This document shows positions 54,425 to 64,000 of a stretch of 64,000 nt of DNA, piece by piece. The position numbers and the translations under genes are program-made. Within the stretch, counting starts at the first letter, position 1. Every line of letters begins with the position of its first letter. Source of the stretch: Magallana gigas (taxonomy: Eukaryota); assembly GCF_963853765.1 (NCBI RefSeq), contig NC_088859.1, positions 42,718,001 to 42,782,000 of the forward strand, written 5' to 3'. The notes beneath the pieces are model-generated. The model ran no database searches, had not been told where the DNA came from, and worked only from the letters and a program-made list of their open reading frames with translations.

Positions 54425-57400
54425 TTACATTTCTCCACAGCTCCTTGGAACCTGGACATACTCGGTATAGTCTGCTTGCTGGGCCTTAAGATCAAGAGGG
54501 CGCTTGAAGCTATCTCTCTCTAGCTCCTTTGCTTTAGCGCTGTCATGAGGGAAACAAGCCATACGGACGGGGGTAGACTTTGGGTCCACTGGTTTACACT
54601 GACTCGGACAGCTCTTCACGGGTTCCTGGGAGAGACAGAGCTGGGATTCTCCTTTGTGTAGACGGGTTCTTCTAATGGTTTTGCTTTCCAGCTGGCATCC
54701 AGCTACAAAAACAACCAACAACGAGATACTTTTGTTTGCAGGTAGAACACTTCGCGAACATCTAAGGACGTTAAAATATGAGCCTTGACAGGACGTAAAA
54801 CAGTGAATAAGTAATCAATCAATCAACAATTCAATCAATTGTTTTCTTGAATCATTAAGGATAACAAATCGCTAATTTAATTTGAATGCTTGAATTTGCA
54901 TTTCAATAGAGGTTCAACATCCACAAGAGCACTTACACGAGGAAGACTGTGGTTGCTGACACTCCTTTCTGATACTTTGTGAGTCACATTTGCTATCTGG
55001 AACGAGGTAATCGAGGACGAGACAGCTGGAGTCGGAGCGATCGGTCCTACTAGGACTCTGAAACTCGTTTCCTTGTTTGCCGTCGAAGTTTCCACACAAA
55101 CCACAAACGTGGGAGTAGTAGAATGGGGTTATCTGAAACATTAATAGTCCAATAAAACCATAAGTAACCAATATGTCGACAAATATGAGAAAAGGAAGAA
55201 TTTATATTGTTTTCATACTAAACAGAAATGATTCTTTTCCATTGAGGACACGGGTAAAACGTACAAACCTTGAGAGATACTTTACGTCCATCAGAAGACA
55301 CACGAACACCCTTTTGTGAGGCTAAGACGGAAACAATTCTTTGACTCCGACTGACTTTAATAGTTGATGGGATACTGCTGAGTACGATAATACATGAGGC
55401 ATTACTGTAGGTGATACGTTAGAAATTAGATTACTATTAGTTAAATTATTTCAATGAATAACAGTATTTACCCAGTGGACTGGCTGATAGTGATAGAAGA
55501 CTCCTCTGGAACTTGTCGTATATGACCATCAACTCTTACAACTAGTGAAGAATTCACGGGAACTATCTCCAACTTCTTGCCTTCAATGTGTACTTCCACT
55601 ACCTATCAAAATCAACACACAGTTTCAAGTGATTAATGTTTTTGCTTATTTTCTTTATTTAGAATGAAATGTAAGGAAACGCCGAGTCTATATTCAAGCT
55701 CTGTGTTCAAACAAATTCTAATTATCAACTCACTCGTTTGGTGGAGTCGGAGGAATCCATCTTAGTTTTAATGGCGAAGTGCTTTGAGGAGGAGCAGTCC
55801 ATAGCCATTACGACTTCACACTCCTTCGTGTCTGGAATGCTGTATTCCTTTCCGTCCATCGTTCGAATTTGGGAGTGTTTCATCTCGCATTGTCCTAATG
55901 TCATCAAAAAATAAAATAAAGAGGGATACTTTACTGTTGAAATTTTTTATAAATATTTAACAATTTCATTATGTTATACCTTACCTGGCAGACGACTGGT
56001 TATGCTCGACGTTGATTCCGGGAAAGAACGGTGGACTCCATCCCTTATACTCTGAACGGACTCGAACATGAATGGCCCAAAGTACGGCATCCACATTCCT
56101 CTGATGAAATTGGATTCTTCCGGAAGTTTTAATTCGGTGTCATACTGAGGGGAAAATAAAATAAAAAAATGATTTCATGATGTCCTCCGTTTTAGTCTCC
56201 AGTATATATATATAGAGGAATTAAGCCCTACTATAACCCTCAGCTGAGACATTAATGCCATACTCGTTTAACAAATGTAAAGTTTAACCTACTTGTCTGT
56301 TGTTTCTCCTGAGGTCAAGTAGAATTTCTAGTCTGTCTTTGGGACGGAATGAGTGTGGATACTCTGTGTACATCTGTCCATACATCATAGCTTTGAAGGC
56401 TTCATGGGTTCGCCAGACATACTCCTCAAGCACACGAGGTAATTCGTTCTAAAAGACCAATATTAGATAACAGCACTGAAAATTGTAATTGTTTTGATGA
56501 AAACGATCTTCATTGGGAGATAAGAATTTCAATAACAAATGTTGTTATATTTGTTTTCCTTTACCTTTTCCCAATGAGCACGGACATGTAAATGCCGTAT
56601 CATATTCATTTCCAGACGGAGTCTTAGATAATCTGAGGTTACTTCTTCAGAACCATTGTGTTTCCTCTCGAGATACCTTTTGGTGATGCTGCTTCTCTCT
56701 AAAGGCGATCTCTGTGATCTTTCCCACAATATTTGCTCCAAAGATGGTGTTCCGAGTATCTAAAAAGACAAATATTCTTGTATGATCTCTTGATGGCATT
56801 TGAGTAAAAGCGCTGAGTCAAATTTCAAGGTAAACATTTACTTACCTGAACATCGAATAATTTCTTCTTTTCGCCTTCCAATCCATATTCTGCTTTCATA
56901 GATATACAGACTTCCCTGCCAGTCTCAGCCCGAAGCTCACCTCGAGCGGATGGCTCTAGATTTTGTATCCTACTGCTAGGTGGACTTGTAACAGGGGATT
57001 GAATTTGCCGAGAACTTTGGCTAGGGCTTGCTACTTTTTCCTGAGACTCTTCTCTTTTTAGATCTTGGAGCTTACTTTTCACTTCTTCTAGTTTACTTAA
57101 CTGACTTGTCACTGAGACCTTGGCAGACTCCTTTTCTTGTGAACTCATTGATGAATCAGGGATCATCTTTTTGATCTTCTCGACAATATTCTTTTGGACT
57201 TCTATTCTTTGTTGGGGTTCTATAGTAGTGTCTGCTACCTTTTGATGCAGTTTTAGTGATCTTATATCACTTTCAATTTTCTGTACTTTATCTTGGACAG
57301 CTTTGGATTTTGAAACAAGATCTTTAATCGTCGCTGAATCTGGTTTCATGGCAGATTTTTCTTTGTCTTGGTCAATTTTTCTTACACTCTTTTCTATTTC

Positions 57401-60400
57401 AATCTGCTTTGATCGAATATCCTCTACCTCGCCGTGAAGCCTTTTCAGCGACTGTCGTTCAGATCCACTAAGACTAGAAACAGTTCGTTTCAATGACCTG
57501 GATGTCATTATTGATCTCAACATTTGCAGACAATCAACCTGTTTTGATTCTGCCCTCTTTTTCAAAGTTTCTATTTCGGAGTCCTTTGCCTCGGATCTAG
57601 AAACAGACCTGACCAATTCATCTCTAGCACATTCTGCAACTAAACCCAGTAAACTATGCTGCATATGTGAAACTTCCACAAGTTTTCTAACAACATCTAC
57701 AGGGTGTTCTGCTACACTCTTTTGAGAAACAATCGACATTATTTGGATCTCCGTTTGACCAAGAGTATTCATGACTTCTCTTATTTGTTGAATCTGTTTG
57801 GACTGGTCTGTCTTTGATCCTTGTTCCTCTACTGCTAATCGCTGTGCAGCAATTATTTGTGACATATGAACTTGTCTCAGACGACCCAGTGTATCCTGTT
57901 CACTCTGAGAATGTCTTATCGTTGCTTCTTCCTTTTCTCTCTTTTGTTGAGAAGACGTAGCTGCTATTTTCGACAATCTGTTATTTTCCTGTTTAATTTC
58001 TTGCATAATTCTCTGAATTTCTTTTATTTGGTCTTCAGATTTGCCGGAGGCGGTTTGTGGTTTCTTTACCCGCTGCTCCAAACATTTCATTATTTGCTGT
58101 TGTTGAATGACGGATTTCATGAGTCTTTGTCTTTCCCTCTCGATATTTTGAGGAGATGGGCCAGAATTTTCTTGACGAATCTTTTCAGTAACTTCTTTTG
58201 CTAAAAGAAGTGCCTCCTTGATTTTTTTCTCATCAACAGATTTCAATCCCTCTGATTCCTTTGACCTGGAAATATCCTGAACCACATCTTTCTGTTTTTG
58301 CAAAAGGTCTGACACTGACTTTGACAAAGACGAACTACTAGACACTCTGGAAGGCTGATTGCTAGACACGGTGTCCTGGGACTGTTGAGAAGGCTGTTGT
58401 TGTTGCTGTGATTTATCTTTTTGTTCTGGTTTCTTAGATTCTTTAATTTCTTCAGAATCACTTTCACTGACCGACGAAGAATCGATTTGAACAGAGCTAG
58501 GTGGTGAATTAGACGAATCTACTTTGGAAGGAGAACGATGCTGCTGTTGTAAAATCTTTCTCAAAGATTCCTTGCTAGACTCTAATGATTTTGCAATATC
58601 TTGTCTTTCCTTTGATGAAAGTGACCTTCTTGAAGAACGAACAGCTTCGTCCAATCTTTGGTCAATCAGTTGTTGAAGTAGTGCACAATATTTGCGAAGT
58701 GCGTCTGATTTTTCACTTTTTGAAACTGATGCTGAATCCTTCTCTAGATCTTTCCTGACACTCTCTGACCTTTTGATCAGGGAAGATAACTTTGCTTTTA
58801 TATCCTGCACTTGTAAGGAATCATAAGATCTTTGCCAAATCTTTCGTGCTTCTTTAAGAATTTGTTTTTGTTTTCTAATGAGATCAATAATGTTCCTGTC
58901 TTCTGGGGTTCCCGACTCTTCGGATTTGGAAAGTTCAGAGTTCATGACCTCATCGATGACCTCCTGAGTGTCAGATAAGCTTAGAAGTCTCTGAAGAACA
59001 GAGGATTCCCAGCGTGGTTCTTCAAGCATAATCCACCTGTGGTAGTCGGATTCTCCATGTCTTCTCACGTAAACTTCTATTTGCTGCTCAAGCTCTCTTT
59101 GATAAGCGTCTGACAACAATTCTGACGGGTCAGCGAGTCTGCTTGGTAAGTTAACGTTGACAGCAACGTCCATCTTAAAGAAATTATAATTTTGGTTAAC
59201 AAATGTTTTCGACATATTCCGATACAAATAAGTCTATCACGTTTAAAATATCCAAATCTTTAAATTACTTACATTCCATGGTTTAGTTTCCATCGTCGGA
59301 ATAGGGGATCTATTCATCCGGAGAAGAATGGATGTGGTCTTTGAGCTAGGGTTCATACCAGCGGCCATGCTGATGTGAAAGTGTCGTTTAATAGACCTAG
59401 ATTGGTCAATCCCGATGACATTGAAAATTAATCCCATGCTGTTGTTTCGCGTGACTACAGATCCATCGGGATGAACAGACTGCGACTCTTTTAGATGTTC
59501 TAGAAGATCCTTTAAAGATGTATCCTTTGATCGGATGTCTTTTGGGGGAGATGTAGAGGAAGATGATGAAGAGGAGGGTGAGCTCTGGTCGGATTGATCG
59601 CTTCCAATCAAACTAGAGACCCATGATAATAAACCGGTCGAACTAGAACTCTCCTCGGAGGTTGGTTGTTGTTTGGATTGCGACATACGTTTCATTATTT
59701 GAAACTGAATCTCAACATATTTCTGAGGATCAGTTCCAGGAGAAAGAGTGACGATCATTTCTTGCTTCCCGATCATAGGATAGTATGGAACGTCCATTTC
59801 AAAGTCACGAACGACAGCTTGCCCGCTTAGTTTGATTTCAAGTCCTAAAGTTTGTTTTCCATAAGCCATTGACATCTGAAAAAAATATTCAAAGAATTTT
59901 TAAAAGTGAATCCTTGAACGGTGAAGTAAAATATTCAACATAAACTCGGAACTTTGTACATGTACAAAACATACCGGGAAAACCTTTGCATTTTTCGCTA
60001 CACTGATTTCTTGCGTTTCTCTTGGCGAAGGATATTTGGTTATTTCTGATGGATCTTCTTTGAAATATGTGTATGGGGAAACTTCCAGCCTGGCAATTTT
60101 CTCACTCTATAAGAACGAAATTCATGAATGAAACATAAATCCCTAAAGGCGTTATTTGTCAGTGTTACAAATCATGACTGTACACAATGATACAATATGG
60201 TTTTGCAATTGGTACACTTACGAGTTTTTCAACATTGAATTTCGTGTAAAATTTAGCCTTAGGTAAATTGGCTGATGCGGTAAGAGAAAGTGGAGCTTCC
60301 ATATGCGCCATTGTTTTCAAAGCAACTCCCATTTTGAAGTACTCCGCATCCATTTCCATTTCTCCTCGTAGTTGAAACAAAACACTAAAATAATTGACAA

Positions 60401-63335
60401 AACCGTTTATTTTATTAAACTTGCGCAACTATGGAAGAAGTAATTGGAATTATTTCGTTTGTCATTCGGTTATCTTACCTTGGTCTGAGCTCAAAATTAA
60501 AGCTGAGTTCCTTTGCTTGTTTTCCAGGACGATTGATTTCAAAGATTGATGGCATTCCTGTTACTCCCACTTTGCCCGTTACTTTGATAGCAGCGGTTCC
60601 ATGGAGTTTTAGACGCAGGGGAAGGCCACACTCGGAAGGAATCATTATTTCAGCATCAAGTGGCATCGTTGACCTATGTACCTCAACGTTTAGTCCAGTC
60701 TTCAAATCTTGTTCTGAGACACCTGACAACAGCTTTCCTGTAAATATACAACGATAGAGCGATGTTTAAAACCGTTGTGTGATTGAAGGTACACCATTGT
60801 CGTTATAAATGTCACACGCAGTCATCTACCTTCTCTAAGTAGGGTGTCCACCAAAGTACCATCAAGAGTTATATACTGGAGTTCATTGCCCATCATTTTC
60901 ATGTACATGTGACCTTTTGGTGTAGGACTTGTCCTTGGAGACACCTTCAACTAAGATTTGGGGTGTGCAATTAAGATAAGAAAACTTACTAGTATATATA
61001 GTGCAAAAAAAAAACAACAATATACATCTTCTTCGGATGATTGGTTGTTACATTTAAGCGAGAATTTTTCATTAAATGGTGCAACAGTGATCTTGCGGTG
61101 GAGTGGTTGATATTGTCTCTACCTGTTTGTGGATCTGACTTATAGAATCGGAAGGTTGCGAGGATTCAGCGCTTCGTCTTACTCGCTGTTTCAGAACGTC
61201 TACGAGTGACTTGCCCTTTGTTAGTTCACCGAGAGGACCCACCAGTTTAGACACCAGTGTTTGTAGCCCCTCTGTATTGAATCCTATCTAGAAAAATTCA
61301 AACAAAAATAAGATCATGTGTTCTAAATGTAACATAGAAATTCAATTCAAAGATTAGTTTTTCAAAACAAATGCAACAAAAATGTTTCTATTGGAATTAA
61401 TACCTCTGCAAAGTTTACAGAACGTCCAAAAACATAAGTGTGGAGATTAACGGCACCAGCACGTGGGATGAATTCTTCCGGGGTGGTAACAAGACCAAGT
61501 TCGGCTGCTGCTCCCATCTTGTGCATTTCTGTATCACAGAATTAGCCATATTTAAATCATAACGTGTATACTGCCGAGGACGACTTACGTGTACATTGTT
61601 TATGAATTGTGTGCATACCATTAAATCCAGAAAGATGCATGAACCTCGAGTAATGATACATGGGGCTAAACTTCTTGGCAAATCTCATAGCAAAGCTAGC
61701 GTTCTTTGCCCTGGCAAATAAAAGAATAATTTAGATATACAACTTTTATTTTCATGTTACTGTCGTTGAGCTTTATTATGAATTTCTGTGCGTTGTAGTT
61801 GGGATTTTTAATATAAAATTTTCTCTCTCAATAGGGAGACAACAGAGCACAAACAAGGATTACCAGGACATGAGGCACGGGTAAGTACTGTTGGACATTT
61901 GTTCTAGATGTGTGTAGACGAATGTTCCGACGTGGGGATTCCTCTCCCTGTGGAGGGACTGAGCCACCATCTCCAGAAGCTGGCGGGAGGGCTCGGTGAA
62001 CGTCATCATAAGGTAAGAACCAATCCGCACCTCCTCCTTCTCTGATTGGTCGAAATAAAGAGGCAGCAACGTTGTCTGAATCTAGAGGAGTAAAGGACAA
62101 GAAAAAAAATACATCCATAACTGAGGTGAACTTAACAATCTTGATTGAATCAATATGAACTATATTGAATATCTGTTTTAAATTTATTTTGAGGCTGACA
62201 TAAACCGAACTTACGAATATGTATGCATTCGATTGAATTAACTTTTTGCACTTGGAACTTATTTGAAGAGTTTTCTACCCTTTGCAAAAATTTAAAAAAT
62301 TGAATGTTTAATAATATGCACGGTAAATATTGAAATTGTATTATTATTTTCAACGAAAAGCTTTTGCAACTTTTCACCAAGAGATTTGTGAAAAAATTAT
62401 TTGTACTATGAAGATATATTTAGAAATGCATTTTCCCCCGTAGACTTCAATGTCAACTTCAAAATGGGATAAATTTGTAAATATTTAAAATTTTTGAATT
62501 TTTTAAAGATGAAACCACACTAAGATTTTAGTAATCAAACTTGCAATATATTAGATAAGAAACATGATAGTTATGAATGGACTAACAGAATTCAAACAGT
62601 GTTTCCTGTTTCAAAATTAAGTACCTTTAAGATAAAATTATTTAAATTAATTTTAAATAATGTATTTGATGCAGTAATATTCGAAGAAAACTTTATATTT
62701 TTCCTATTTTATGTAAATGCAAAATTCACTCACATCGTCTGGGTAATGACGGGCAAGTTTTCGCAAGCTGTAAATAGCTTGGGTTCTGAGCATCTGCGGC
62801 TGAGATTTATCCTGTATATATGTCCTAATGGTTGGGATCATTTCCCAAAGTCCAGCGTTACCAATTGTCTTGAAGCTCAGTATTTTGTCGTCAAAAACAG
62901 TAGACCTCATCAACATTTGTAATTCCTGTGTAAAAAGGTAATCATTAATCAATGATGCAACGTTTAAAATTTAGGTTTTAGATGACTTTAACCTATTAGC
63001 ACACATCAATATTTGTTAAGGCTGCTATGTGTGTTTTCGCTGGTCTTCTTTTTAAGATTACCCACCTTCACAATTTCCTGCTTTATTTTTGTGTTGATAC
63101 TATGTTCTCGCTTCTTCAAGTCTTCTAACTCTCTTTTCTTTGATTTTAATTCATTCCTAGTCTGTGACCGCGATTCCTGGGAAATCAGTGTTTTGACAAT
63201 TTCCTCTTGGCGTGAAATTTCACGAGATCTTCTCCATCCTTCTTCTCTCAGCATTCCAGCTACTGATCCCAAGCATAAGAAAGCAGCTCTTTTTAAATAT
63301 CTGTCCTTTGAAACTTGGCTGCTTCTTGTCAGATC
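54425..63335 (-). CDS. VTG: Vitellogenin (large lipid transfer protein), 3' part; N-terminal coding exons not in window
   Basis: Helical LLT domain (AAFLCLGS, KTIGNAG, LRTQAIYSLR, EEVRIGSYL, VGTFVYTHL), beta-sheet DUF1943-like exons (PSECGLPLRL), vWD domain (CGLCGNFDG), Cys-rich tail ending PRSCGEM*; AATAAA at 54345-54350. Confidence 0.93.
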
Positions 63336-64000
63336 CTGATGAAAAAAAAATATTTAATGCTAAAAGGTCAAAGCCATAGAACTGAATTTTTGCCGATATT
63401 GTTTTTTCAGAATGCCATCTATTTCATTCATAGTGCAAGATTTTGTATAGTGCAGAAGAAAAATCTGAAAATAATTACTTGATTTTAAGTTCTCTGAACA
63501 AGTACGTGCAGACAAATTTGAAAAACGTGCATCAGTGTTCGGACTGGTGAACTGAACAAGCGCGGCCCGCCGATAAAGACTGAGCTCACTATTATATAGA
63601 CCCAGACAGCTCTGTCATCATTGGCTGACCGCGGCTTGTCTTCCCACAATTCCCTACCAGGAATGATGCTTGTTCGACGAGAAAAGGTGTGAAGAGGTTG
63701 GAAGAAGTGCACAATCGGTATTTAAATTGTTAAACGTGATAAAGTGTTCCAAGAAAGGAAGTGTTTGTTTTGGGTTTTTTTTAATTGACATGTATTTATT
63801 ACATGCGACTTTACTTGAAGCCTTTGGCACAGAGACAAACTAAAGTTAAAAGTGAACCCGCAAATGTCATTAATTGGAAATTTGGTACGTGAAGATGTTC
63901 AAATGCCCTGGCGAAAGAAAAGGTTTCAGTAATCATTCAATTTAACACATGCAACTTTACCAGAAGTTTCTTAGCAATCAGAACATCTGGCCTGGCAGAG

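Overview
Eukaryotic, AT-rich, intron-containing bivalve DNA, most likely Pacific oyster (Magallana/Crassostrea gigas) or a close relative. This assignment is inferred from a 166-bp Cg170/HindIII-like satellite inside Helentron-type (HINE) elements and an oyster-type vitellogenin. Genes in order: C7orf50-like (+), CMPK1 (-), a stand-alone triple PARP-type zinc-finger gene (+), STIL (+), MED26 (-), LTV1 (+), a DIRS/Ngaro-type tyrosine-recombinase retrotransposon (-), and the 3' part of vitellogenin (-; its N-terminal coding part is not in the window). Introns and intergenic DNA hold many MITEs, Kolobok-like and ISL2EU-like elements, HINEs, a decayed LINE and long-hairpin repeats; there is one N gap. 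Best leads: (1) a catalysis-free 3x zf-PARP protein sitting between a CMPK1/STIL head-to-head pair that is also head-to-head in human; (2) inside the YR retroelement, ten stem-conserved hairpin repeats with variable spacers between pol and the recombinase, a methyltransferase-like domain with a degenerate catalytic motif, and a broken gag beside intact enzymes, all directly downstream of and co-oriented with vitellogenin. Exon boundaries were read by hand; limits of degenerate repeats are approximate; no database searches were run.
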